Shown: one piece after another, positions 28,981 through 41,190 of the stretch | Layout of the letters: each line of letters starts with the position of its first letter | Numbering within the stretch: position 1 is the stretch's first letter | Origin: Lama glama | Lineage: Eukaryota | DNA: 64,000 bases | Assembly: GCA_028534125.1 (NCBI GenBank) | Contig: CM052818.1 | Coordinates: 32,490,001 to 32,554,000 of the forward strand | Direction of reading: 5' to 3' | Program-made: the position numbers and the translations under genes | Notes under the pieces: generated by a model | What the model was told of the DNA's origin: nothing | The model's input: only the letters and a program-made list of their open reading frames with translations | Databases searched by the model: none

Positions 28981-29305
28981 TTAACTCAGCAACTCGTCCA
29001 CCAGCTTCGACCCGTTTATCCCGCGGTAGGTCACCCTGCTGGGCCGCACGAGGACCCCGTGGTTGGGCTTGCACGTGAAGTAGCGCTTCTCTCCCACTGC
29101 CCCATCATTCTTCCCCTTGGCGCTTCGAAGCTCCAGGCCCAGCCAGATCCCCGCGGCAAAGTCAGTGGGGCCCACATACCTAACGGTGCCCATCTCGTTG
29201 GAGCTGGTGAGGAGGACCTGGGAGCCCTCGTGCAGCTTCACGGCGCCCTCCAGGCCGCCGGCGGCGGTGCTGCTGCTCCAGCTGCGGCGCAGAGCGGGCT
29301 TGGAC
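28981..29305 (-). CDS. CLIP4: CLIP4 terminal coding exon (exon 16 equivalent), CAP-Gly 3
   Basis: ccccgcgcag|: SKPALRRSWSS...VRYVGPTDFAAGIWLGLELRSAKGKNDGAVGEKRYFTCKPNHGVLVRPSRVTYRGINGSKLVDELLS-TAA. In frame with the upstream exon. Confidence 0.96.
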
Positions 29306-30559
29306 CTGCGCGGGGACGAGAGGGAGAGGCCGTGACGCCGCGGGCCGGACGCCGCTGCCCGCGCCGCGCCGTTCACAGAAGACGACACCTGCTCACAACC
29401 TGACTTTTTATTCTAAAGAGCAATATTAGAGGATGCTTTTAACATTAAAAAGGTTTTCTCTTTTGGCTATTTTAATACTGCCCTAATCTGGATTTAAGAT
29501 TTCACTAGCAACTTATATACGCGTAGGCCCTCAGCAAAATAGCAACTAGAAAAAAATATACCTACACCAATTCAATAAAACAAAAAGCCAAGAACCTAGT
29601 ATTTTGGCCGTGGTAAAGTTACGTTACCTTTTGTTCACTTTTCAAATATTTCTTTACACGAAAACCATCTTTAAAAACTGTTAATCCACAGCCCTAGAAA
29701 CTACACACACACCCCCTTCTATGAATGAACTCCAGTTACATTTAAGGGTTTACCGCTCTCCCTGCCGCTAACACGAGAAGGAGCTTGGTTGCCTGGAGCA
29801 GGATTCCTCTCCTCTCCTCTACAACGAAACACTACTTATAACGTACTGCCTCTGAGCACCCACCACCAACCTGACCTGCACCCACAAACAGACCTCCCCC
29901 GAGGCCTCAGGCCAGTGCCGCCCAGGGCTTCTGCCACTGTCCCTGGGAAGTAGCTGATCCTGAGATGCGCCCAACATAGAAACATGACCCGGATCTTGTT
30001 GCCCTATGACCTGAGACCTCCCAAAACATTTACCCAGAAACCACCACCAGTGGAGCCTCCCACCGCCATCCATGCCTCCCCTCCCCCAAGAGGAACCTTC
30101 TTCCCGTCCCCACAGTGGGGACAATGCGGAACCTGCTACCGAAACCGCACAGTGCCTGACTGTGCACAGAGTCTGGGTCCTGCCTGTTTTCTATTTTATG
30201 TCACTTTCTGTATCTTTACAGACTCTGTCACACACCCTGGAAAAAGAATGAGCACTCTCACTGTGTGGGAGGAAAACTGAGGTCCTAAGCCTCTCCTACG
30301 CCACCCCTGACACATTCCAGTTATAAAATGTAATGGGAAAATGATTTTTTACCACGTCAAATACACAAATACAACAATAAATTTAGCAAAGAAATACATA
30401 ATACCTGTAAGAAAAGTATAAATATTGACTAAAGAGCATAAAAATAAAAATAAGAGTTTTGTTCCTGGATAGAGACATACATATATAAATCCTCCCCTAA
30501 ATGGTATTTTTTTGCAACCTGATGAACTTGCTCTGAATTTCACATAATGACAGGATCTA

Positions 30560-30790
30560 TCATTTCCTGTGCACTTACTATGTGCCAAACACTTGACACA
30601 AATTATCTCATCCAACATCACCCACCAGTGCTGTAGATACACGATCATCTCCTAACAGAAGAAGAATTTGAGGCTAAGAAAAATTAAGCTATTTGCCCAA
30701 GATCAGAGAGGTGGTAAAGAGGCAAGCTGGGGCTCAGACCCAAGGCTGTCCAGGCACAAAGGCCAGGCTCCTACGCACAACCATAACGGG
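30560..30790 (-). mobile_element. MIR SINE
   Basis: gcacttactatgtgccaaac...acagaagaagaatttgaggctaag...ttgcccaagatc. Confidence 0.7.
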
Positions 30791-31009
30791 TACTAATAAT
30801 TAAGAAAACGTTGAAAAGTATTAACATGGCAAGATTTGCACTGCAGTAATGTTTAACTATAAAGTTACAATAATTAAAACAACATGACCCTGGCATAAGA
30901 ATGTACTTTTTTTTTTAATTCTTTGACCTTGGGCAGTTTATTTCTCATTCCTGAAAAGGAAAATACCTCATTCACAGAACTGCAATTTTTTTGCTGCAAA
31001 TCTTTATAG

Positions 31010-31155
31010 AACACTTATTATGCAAATGCTGTTGTAAGTACTTTACAGATACTCATTTATGGTAACTTTTGGAGTAGCCAATATTTTACTGATGGGAAGA
31101 CTGAGGCACAGAGGTTTAAGTACCTCACTCAGGGCCACAGAGCTCGTAAGTGGTA
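31010..31155 (-). mobile_element. MIR SINE
   Basis: ttttactgatgggaagactgaggcacagaggtttaagtacct...ggccacagagctcgtaagtgg. Confidence 0.7.
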
Positions 31156-32694
31156 AGGAATATACTTTTAAATGCACAGAAAACACATCTCAGAAAAATA
31201 CACATAATTATTTCATTGGTGATAAGAAGTAAAACTTCAAATCAGTGGGAAAGGCGTGAACATTAAATTAGGGATGCTGTAAAACTTCATTAATTATTTG
31301 GTGGAAAAGAATATGATTCTTATCACTCACTATATGTTGAAATAAATCCCAAATAGATAAAAGAGTTAAATGCATGAATTGATAAAAAGAAAGAAGTAGA
31401 AGGAAAGAAACCTGGATATTTATCTGAACACAAACACACACACACTAGTGGGGAGGGAAGGAGACAGACAGGTTTTAAAAGTATGGCATTTACTATTAAA
31501 TTATTATTTTTCACTTATTATCATGCCATAAAAATGTCTCCATCACAGCTCAGTCTTTAAAAACACTGCAAAAATCACACTGAGGAAAATTATTAAAGAA
31601 TATGGGATCTGTTAAGGGGAAAATCTTTCAAAGGGTGTACAGAGTATGCTTTGTCCAACTTTGCTTAAAAATTCAGATATATGCATCAGAAAAAATAGAA
31701 AAGGATAAGACAAAATGCTAACAGTGATAATCTCATCTAGGTGATAAAATTACAGATGACCTTTATCTGCATTTAGTTTACTGTAATTCTTCAAATTCTG
31801 TACAATTGATTTCATAATCAAAAAAATTTTAAGGGAATTCAAGCAAGTAATAAGTGAATTCAGCAATATCTAAACCAAAAATTAATAGTCTGGGTAAAGA
31901 CTTAACATTCTAATAAGGAGGATTTGATTCAAGTTATGTCAAAACTCTAAAAGTGCAGGGATGTGAGAAATTTAGAAGTTACACTACATTTGAAAGTTAC
32001 GTTTACTCATTCAAAAACACTGATAACCTATGAAATGGCAGGTCCGGGACTGGGTTCCAGGAATTTGTGCAAGGTGATTTGTACAATGTTAGAGATGCTG
32101 CAATTAAAGACCATGCATGCTGCAGAAGGAGCACAAGAGAGGGAGAATCTATCCTCCCTAAAGGTCCCAGGGAAGACACTTCAGTGGGGGAAGTGACACT
32201 TGAGCAAATCTGACAGATCAGCAGACACAAAAGGGAGGGAGACACAGTCATTGGAGCAAACTGTATTATGTATTACATTTTTTTTTCTGAACGGCACAGA
32301 GAGTTTAGAGAACTGCTAGACACTGGTGAGGATTCTACCACGGGAAGTAAGTCAGGAGAAAAAGACAGTCCTTTTTACATGCTGTGCCAATGAACCTGGA
32401 CTCCATTCTGCATTTGAGAATTCAAAAGCTTTGCGGGACAGGCAGAAGATGAAACGTGATGTGAAATGATGGAACCCACGGCAAATGGGATTATCTGAGA
32501 TCTACCCCAAGACATTCAGGTTTGAGCCCACCAAATATATTGTGACACCAGGCTGGGTCCCACAGATAGGACCCATGGAGACTCTTAAGCAGACACACTG
32601 TGAAAACACAGGGAGGAGCTAAGCTAGTAACCACGGGGATGAGGTGCAGGAGACCACAGGCTGGAGGCAGGTGGTGTGCGGGGAGGATGCCTCG

Positions 32695-32713
32695 TGCCCA
32701 CCAGGTGGCAGTG
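32695..32713 (+). promoter_or_regulatory. Candidate CTCF binding site
   Basis: TGCCCACCAGGTGGCAGTG fits the CTCF core CCASYAGRKGGCR. Confidence 0.5.
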
Positions 32714-34748
32714 ACAGCTACGCCAGCGTCTCAAGCTCCCTGTATTACCCCTAGTCCTGGTTATAGATAGAGAATTCTCAAGTCAGAAGAACCGCTTCCA
32801 ACCCCCTCTCTATCACTTTTTCCTCTGAATGAAAGCTCTCATCACCGCCACCTCAATGACCTAGAGAAACACACCCGCTCTTTCTCGAAAACGGCCTGGT
32901 GGCTGCTGTTTCCCTTTCCTCAGTTCTCTTTGGCTCACGTGGGGCAAACATGCCCTTTGTCCCAAGCCCTTCAAGTTCCTTACCTAGGGATCTGCATTAT
33001 CTCTGTATTTCCCATGTTTCTTCTGCTTCTAAAAGTACCTTTTATTTCCATATGAATAAGCAAGAAAATGGTTCAGCATTTGGTAAATGTCAATAAACTC
33101 ATTTTTTTCAACCCATATTCTTCAGAATACATCACATTTCCAGATTAACAGCAACACGATATACAATCAACTCTGGCCCTCAGCAAAAGGACATCCAATC
33201 ACAGTCTCTTACTCCTGCGATCACGGACAGGTTTCCTAGGACCTGCCAACACCTAATCTTTCTTTTATTCCCTGTAGTACTGATCACCAAACATCTGGTC
33301 TATAAGTAAAAGATAAGTAAGTAAGTAAAGAATAAGTAAAACATAAACAGATAAAATTTAAGTTGATTATGTATCCTCAATAAAAGTATATTTCTTTTTC
33401 TAAATAGGTACTAGTGTCAATCTATAGAAGTTAAGAGTAAAGCTTCATTTATTTCAAAGAAAACAAACAGAAGCACTGCTATTCCCGTCTCACGTGAGCA
33501 GGCCACCTGCACATACCCATACCTGCTGTGTAATTCCCATGGTTCAGATTTTTTTCTCCTTCCCTTGTTTCTCTTCATCATGCTCTTTCACTTAACCAGC
33601 ATCTCCACACTGATTTTGATACCTCTCCCCCTTCAAAATCCTTTATCTCCAGGTTGTTTCTTCTTAGTAATTTCTTCCATTCTGCCTAAGACCTCTTGAA
33701 TATCTTCAATAAACTGGGGCATAAAGTCATTGTTCTTAAGCTCTTTCAGCTACTCAAGTGAGGAGACCAATTATAAAATCTCAAAATTGGTAAAGGTTTT
33801 GAGGAAGGGGGAAAATAAAAAACAAAAAAACCCACCCAACCCCACTGAACAGCGCCTAACCGTGCCTCAGGACCCAGAGGGTTCTCGCGTGGAATTTCAG
33901 ATCTTCATGAGGCCTCCCGGTAACTTCGTGCCAGAGTATCACACAGACTGTCTGCTGCTCGGCTGAGCGTCCAGCTCAGTGCATGGGCCCTGCTTCCTCG
34001 CGGCTCCCAGGGCCTCACTGCTAGTGCACTTCCCTACTCAGCGAGACTTCTTTCCCTCAGGACATTTTTCGTACATTAATTGGAAGGATTTAAAGTTAAA
34101 AGAAAAAAAAAAAAAGAACTCCTTAACCCCACCAGTCTACAAGAGCCTCATATTCTTCTAGAAGTAAAAAAAGTTCTAAAAGCCTCAGAAAACTATTAGC
34201 GGGTGTAAAGTGGGTCTGGGGGAAATCAATATAAAGAAAAAAGAAAAAAGGAGATTCTCTCTACAAAGAAACCACCACCAAAAAAAAAAAAAAAAGCCTT
34301 TTGAGGAGTATATTCTACAAGAGGAAGCAAGAGTATTTTTTAAAATAATAGCAGGATTACTTAATGCAAATAGGCCGGACATTTCTTTCAGGTACTACCC
34401 AAAATATTAAATCAAATTTCTGACTAATTAAGTAAACAGTTTAAAATCAATCTGCCCTACTCAATGATAACACAAAATGTAAATTCCTCCAACTTTTATT
34501 AGCAGCACTAAGCCTCTTTGAAAATATAGTCAGCACACTACTTCTTTGAGTCACTGGTGACAGTTTTAGTTGAGCTTGCAGAGGAGGGAGGAAGAATTCT
34601 TCTCACTGATACACTCATCACACCTTTTCTCCTAAGAGTTAAAATTCTACCAAGCGATGTAAAAGATACAAAATCCCACTTTTCTTCCTTCACAGAATCC
34701 TGTAATGTTCATCTTGAAAGGTGTTTTTCTAAATCTTCTAATACTCAC

Positions 34749-34821
34749 TTGGCAAAAGCATTTCTTCTGTTAATCTCTTTATGGGAAGAAGCAGAAGTTG
34801 TACTGAAACTTCTCCTAAAAC
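34749..34821 (-). CDS. CLIP4: CLIP4 internal exon (exon 15 equivalent)
   Basis: gttttag|: GFRRSFSTTSASSHKEINRRNAFA(K)|gtgagt. 73 bp, phase 1 to 2. Confidence 0.93.
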
Positions 34822-35904
34822 CTAAAACATGAAAGCTAAAGTCAGAAAAGGAAAAATAAATCACAAATTCACAGCCCTTGTGAAAAATTATCTTTTGTCA
34901 TTTCTTCTATGAATGTTCTATTTTACCAAATATTTCTTTGGAAATAGAAAGCAAAGAAAATAAGTGCATGCAGGATGTTAACAGTAGTTTAGGTTTTTTT
35001 CACAATTGCTATCTGACCTTTCTCATCAAACTACGCACATACGTGAGTAAGATAATGACATTCCTTTTGGAGATTTTCATTATAGACTTTTCTGAAAACC
35101 AAACAAAACCGAATTATATATTGATAAAGCTCAATCTTCTTACTCTCAAATATTATGATCTTGATAAATCATATGTAAAAAAGGAAAAGGATAAAAATAG
35201 TTTTAAAATGCTACCATTAATGATACCCCATTTATAAAATACTGAACAATAAATTTCAGAGCTTGATTGTTGGCATCCCCAAATGACAGTCATAAGAAAA
35301 AAGACTTCACACAAGGTAAAAATTTTAAAAGATGTTTTTGAAGAACAGGATCTCCAGCTCTGGCAGTCAAGGCAGACCAGATGTGCTGAGTGAATCTCTT
35401 GAATGAAGCAAGTACAATTTAAAGCAACTACAATTAAAAAAAAAATACTGTGGAGCTCACATAAGTGGTACAATTTCAAAGAGGCCAAAAGCCAAAAAAA
35501 GAAACCACGAGAGATTTCCCCCAAAGCAATCTGCCACCGTGTCCCCCAGGACCGCACTGGCCGCTAGGGAACCCGGGCTTCCGCCTCGCCCGCTGCACAG
35601 GAGGCAGGGAAGGACGCCGAGCCCACGGCCTCCGAGATGGGGATTTCAATAAAATGAGGATTCCGAACAGCTCACTCTCAAGTGCAGATTAAATGAGAAA
35701 CAAAATGAAACGTCCCCTGGATGAAGACAAAGGAAAGTAGCTTGTGTCAACCGTAATGTGCAGCAGGCAAAATCCTCTCCCCTCAAAATTTGTAATCATA
35801 GGCCATATTCATTTTATCTGTGCAATATAAAAACAATAACAATGTCGCAGCGGATGTAAATTAAAGTAGTCCCAGTGCCTCTAGGCAACTAGCAGAAGTG
35901 AAAA

Positions 35905-38188
35905 CAGGCACACCTCGGAGGTACTGCAGGGTCGATTCCAGACCACCACAATAAAGCAAGTATTTCAACAAAGCGAGTCATGGATTTATGGTTTCCCGGT
36001 ACATAAAAAAGTTATGTTCACACTACACTGTAGTTCTAGTAAGTATGCAACAGCATTATATTTTTAAAAAAACACACATATCTTAATTTAAAAATACTAT
36101 ATTGCTAAAAAAAAATGCTAACCATCATCTGAGCCTTCAGTGAGTTGAAATCTTTTTGCTGGTAGAGGGTCTTGCTTCGATGTTGATGGCTGCTGACAGA
36201 TCAGGGTGGTGGCTGCTAAAAACCGGGGCTGCTGTGGCAATTTCTTAAAATAAGACAACAAGGAAGTCTGACGCATTGACTGACTCTTCCCTTCACGCAC
36301 AATTTCTCTGTAGCATGCAGTGCGGTTTGATAGCACTTTAACCACAGAAGAACTCTTTCAAAATTGGAGTCAATCCACTCAAACCCTACTGCTGCTTTAT
36401 CAACTAAGTTCACGTAATATTCTAAATCCTTTGTTGCCATTTCAACAATCTTCACAGCATCTTCGCCAGGAGTAGCTTCCATCTCAAGAAACCACTTTCT
36501 TTGCTCATCCATAAGCAGCGACTCATCTGTTCAAGTTTTATACTGTGAGACTGCAGCAATTCAGTCACATCTTCCGGCTCCACTTCTAGTTCTCTTGCTA
36601 GTTCTGCCACATCTGCAGTTACCTCCTCTCCCCTGAAGCCGTGAGGCCCTCGAAGTCATTCACAAGGGATGGAGTCAGCGTCTCCAAACTCCTGTTACTG
36701 CTGGTATTTCAGCCTCCTCCCATGAATTATGAATGTCCTTAGTGACATCTAGAATGGTGAAGCCTTTCCAGGAGGTTTTGAATTGACTTTGCCCAGATCC
36801 AACAGAGGAATCACTACCTATGGCAGCTGTAGCCTTACGAAAAGTATTTCTTAAACAATAAGACGTGGAAGTCAATACTCTCTTATTGTCAATGAGCAGT
36901 ACTATTTCGAAAGCAATCTTTTTCTTATGAGCAGTCTCAGTAGTGAGCTTAGAATATTCAATAAGCCATGTCATACATATATGTGTTGTCCAGGCTTTAT
37001 TGTTCCATTTATGGAGCACAGGCAGAGCAGACTTAGTATCATTCTTCAGAGCCCTAGGAGTTTCGGAATGGTAAATGAGCAGTGGCTTCAACTTAACGTC
37101 ACCAGCTGCACTGGCCACTAACAAGAAAGTCAGCCTTTCTTTTGAAGCCTGACATTGACTTCTCCTCTCTAGCTGTGAAAGTCCTAGATGGCATCTTCTT
37201 CCAATATGAAGCTGTTTCATCTCCATAGAAAATCTGTTATTAGTGTGGCCACCTTCATTAATGATCTTAGATCTTCTGGATCACTTGCTGCAGCTTCTAC
37301 ATCAGCACCTGCTGCTTCACCTTGCACTCTGATGTTATGGAGATGGCATCTTTCCTTAAACTTCATGAACCAACCTCTGCTAGCTTCAAACTTTTCCTCT
37401 GTAACTTCTTCACTTCCCTCAGCCTTTGCAGAATTGGAGAGAGTTAGGGCCTTGCTCTGGATTAGGCTCTGGCTTCTGGGAATGCTGTGGTTGGTTTGAT
37501 CTTCTGTTGAGACCACTGAAACTTTCTCCATATCAGCAATAAGGCTGTTTCTTATCATCTGTGCACTTGCTGGAGTAGCACTTTTCATTTCCCTCAGGAA
37601 CTCTTCCTTTGCATTCACAACCTGGCTAACGGTTTGGCACAAAAGACCTAGCTTTCAGCCTGTCTTGGCTTTCCACATGCCTTCCTCATAAGCTTAATCA
37701 TTTCTAGCTTTTGATTTAAAGTGAGAGACATGCGACTCTGCCTTTAACCTGAACACTCAGAGGTCACTGAAGGGTTATTAATTGGCCTAATTTGAATATT
37801 GTTGTGTTTCAGGGAATAGGTAGGCCCAAGGAGGGGGAGAGAGATAGGGAAACGGCCAGTTGGTGGAGCAATCTGAATACACATTTATGGATTAAGTTTG
37901 CCATTTAATATGAGCACATTTCATGGTACCCCCACAACAATTACAATAGTAACATCAAAGATTACCCATCACAGGCCATAGCAAATATAATAATAATGGA
38001 AAAGTTTGAAACATTGTGAGAATCACCAAAATGCAACCTAGAGACATGAAGTGAGCAAATGGTGTTGGAAAAATAGTGCTGATAGACTTGCTCACTACAA
38101 GGTTGCCACAAACCTGCAATTTGTTTTAAAAAAATGCAGTATCTGCAAAGCACAAAAAAGCAAAGCACAATAAGACAAGTTATGCCCG
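35905..38188 (-). mobile_element. Near full-length Tigger1 (TcMar/pogo) DNA transposon with pseudogenised transposase
   Basis: Terminal inverted repeats caggcacacctc (35905) and gttatgcccg|TA (38188). Minus-strand ORF pieces 37217-37642 ([20 protein letters not shown]-like HTH), 36675-37226 (DDE region) and 36118-36512 lie in different frames. Confidence 0.93.
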
Positions 38189-40683
38189 TATAATCTTTTC
38201 TGCAGACAGTGGCCCAGGCCTCAAAGAATTTCCATATGTTAAATTCTGAATTAAAGAAGCATCTCACAATAATACATTACAAAACTGACAAGAAAAGGCA
38301 CCATAAGTTACGCTCAACAGAAAAGAGATGGCAGAATAAGACAAAGACTTCAGATACCGAATTAATAAACAGAGGTAATAATACTTAAAATGTTTCAAAA
38401 TATAAAAAAGCATAAAAACAGGGGAAAGAATAAGTGTAAATAAGTAACAACCAGATCTGCAAAAAGAAAAAAGAAATGAAAAATTTATAATTAAAAAACT
38501 ATGGTTGGATTAAGGAGTAGAATAAACATAACGGAAGAAAGACTCAAGAAAGGTAAGGAAAGCTCTGAAGATATCCAGAACGCAGTCCAGAGACAAAATT
38601 GTAAAAGACATGAATGAGGCATGGAAAGAGGGGAAAAGTGGACTACACCGCTTATCAGAGTTTCAGAAGGAGATAAAAAGAGTATGAAGAAAGCAGTATT
38701 TTCAACATATGGACAGGAATTTTTAAAAGTTAATCAAATATACTAATTCCTAGGTTCAGGAAGACCCATGACACCAAATAGGATAAACAAAAGGAAATCT
38801 CCACCTAGACACATCACAGTGAAACTGCACGGCACAAAGGAAATAGAGAAGCAGCAGTCTTCAAAGGCAGTCAAGTCAAAAAGAGAAAAGCCACCTACAA
38901 CAGTATGGATTAGACAGACTCACAGATGACTTCTCAAAAATTCAACAGAAGACAGAAAACAGTAGACTATATTGTCAATGTGCAGGGAGAAAATATCTTT
39001 CAAACTAAAAATGTCACCAAGTTTTAGTTTTACCCAGTAAAACTATCATTAGAAAAGACAGACAAAACCTGAGAGAGTTCGCTACCAACAGTCTCTTTCT
39101 AAGGGAAATTTAAGAATATACATGAAGTAGAAACAAAATTATCCCAAGTAAAAGTTCTGAGGACTAATGACTAAAGATATTAGTAAATATGTGTGAGCAA
39201 ATTAAATAAATGTTGATTATATAAAAACTATTATAATAATGCAAAATTTGTGGGGGAAATCAAGTAGAAACTGAATAACTAAGTTTCTAAGGATTTGTTA
39301 TTTGGGAGAGAGCACATACAAATAGAAAAGAAAATGGGAAAGAAAAGAGGGGATAGGAATATAACAGGAATGGTGTCAAAAAAGAAAAACATTTAAGTAC
39401 AAAAAAGTTGAAAAATTAGAAAATAAATAAAATATAAATAAATCCAAATATATTAGTAGTTACAATGAATGCAAATGGGTGAAATGCTCAGGTTAAAAGA
39501 CAAAGATTGTCAGACCAAATTGTTTTTTAAAGTAAAATCCAATTACATTCTATTTAGAAAACATTCCAAAAGTATAAGGACATAGAAAAGTTAAGGCAAT
39601 GGCTAGAAAAAGATTTTTTAGGCAAATACTTAACCACAAGAAGGCTGATACAAGGTAAAAAGAATTATTATAAAGCAGTACCATTTACATTAACACCAAA
39701 AAATGAAACATGTAAGTATAAATCTAATAAAAAATGTATAAAATCTACATTAGCAAAATAGTAAAACTTTGATGAAAGAACTCAAAGAAGATTTAAGTAG
39801 ATACAGAGGTATTCCATGTTCATGGATCAAAAATTCAATATTGTTAAAATGTCAGTTCTTCCCAATTTGATCCATACATTGATTGCAATCCCAATCAAAA
39901 TCCCAGCAAATTATTTTGTGGACATCAACAAACTTGTTGTAAAGTTTATATGGAAATGCAGAGCGCCCAGAACAACCAGCACAATATGGAGGGAGAAGAT
40001 CAAAGTCAGCATATTGACACTACTAAACCTGAAGAATTACTATAAAGCTACAGTAATCAAAATACTGTGGTATTAGCAAAAGAAAAGACAAATATATCAA
40101 CAGAACAGAACAGAGAGCCCAGAAATAGACCCACAAAAATACAGTCAACTGATCTTTGACAAAAGAGCAAAGACAATTCAATAGAGAAAGAACAGCCTTT
40201 TCAACAAATATGCTGGAGTAACTAAACATTCACATGCAAAACAATGAATCTAGACACAGACCTCACACTTTTCACAAAAATTAACTCAATGTGTCATAGA
40301 TATAAATGGATAACAGCAAAAATATAAAGCTCCTAGAAGATAACGTAGGAGAAAATCAGGGTGACCGTGGGTTTGGTGACGACATTTCAGATACAACAAA
40401 AGCACAAGTCATGAAAAAAAAAAAAAAAAACCTGATAACTTGGACTTCATTAAAATCAAAAACTTCTGTGATAGAGACTGTTAGGACAATGAAAAGACAA
40501 GCCACAGATGGGGAGAAAGTAGTTGCAAAACACATCCTGATGAAAGTCCAGTATCCAAAATATAAAACTCTTAAAACAGTAAGAAAACAGCAAACACAAC
40601 TTTAAAATGGGAAAAAGATATGAATGGACAATTTACCAAAGACGTAAGATGGCAAATAAGTATACGCAAAGACCCTCAGCATC

Positions 40684-41076
40684 TGGTATGGGCTGAATCG
40701 TGTCCCCATCCCTAAAATCCACATGTTGAAATTCTAACCCCCCAGTTCCTCAGAACAGGCCTGTATTTGGAGACAGGGTCTTTACAGTGGTAATTAAGTT
40801 AAAACGAGTTCGTGTGGGTGGGGCCCTAATCCAACATGACTGGTGTCCTTGTAAGAAGAGATTAGGACACAGACACACACAGAGGAAAAGATCCTGTGAA
40901 GACATGGGAGGAAGGTGGCCTTCTATAGGGAAAGAGAGGCCTGAAAAGAAAGAAATCAACCCTGCCAACTCCTTGATCTCAGACATCCAGCCTTCAGAAT
41001 TCTGAGAGAATAGATTTTTGTTATTTAAACCATCCCATGCAGTACTTTGTTTTGCTAGCCCTAGCAAACCAATACA
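40684..41076 (+). mobile_element. MaLR (MLT1B-like) solo LTR nested in old L1
   Basis: tggtatgggctgaatcgtgtcccc...gtatttggagacagggtcttt...gccctagcaaaccaataca. Near-TSD gcatc/acatc. Confidence 0.88.
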
Positions 41077-41113
41077 ACATCAAGTCATTAGGGAGTTTCA
41101 ACTTAAAACAACA

Positions 41114-41190
41114 GTATGACTGAAACGTGCTGTACACCAGAAACTGACACATCATAACTGAGTATACATCAATTAAAAAATAGTAATAAT
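41114..41190 (+). mobile_element. Tiny young L1 3'-end insertion
   Basis: gtatgactgaaacgtgctgtacaccagaaactgacac...caattaaaaaa, flanked by direct repeat TTAAAACAACA. Confidence 0.7.

Noticed and set aside
29306..29388. N-terminal extension of ORF 28981..29388 as a standalone gene
   Set aside because: The start is a GTG in the intron; the canonical acceptor at 29305 joins in frame to CLIP4 exon 15.
36118..37642. Tigger transposase ORFs as a domesticated TIGD-like gene
   Set aside because: Split across several frames by stops and frameshifts and bounded by transposon TIRs; a fossil copy.
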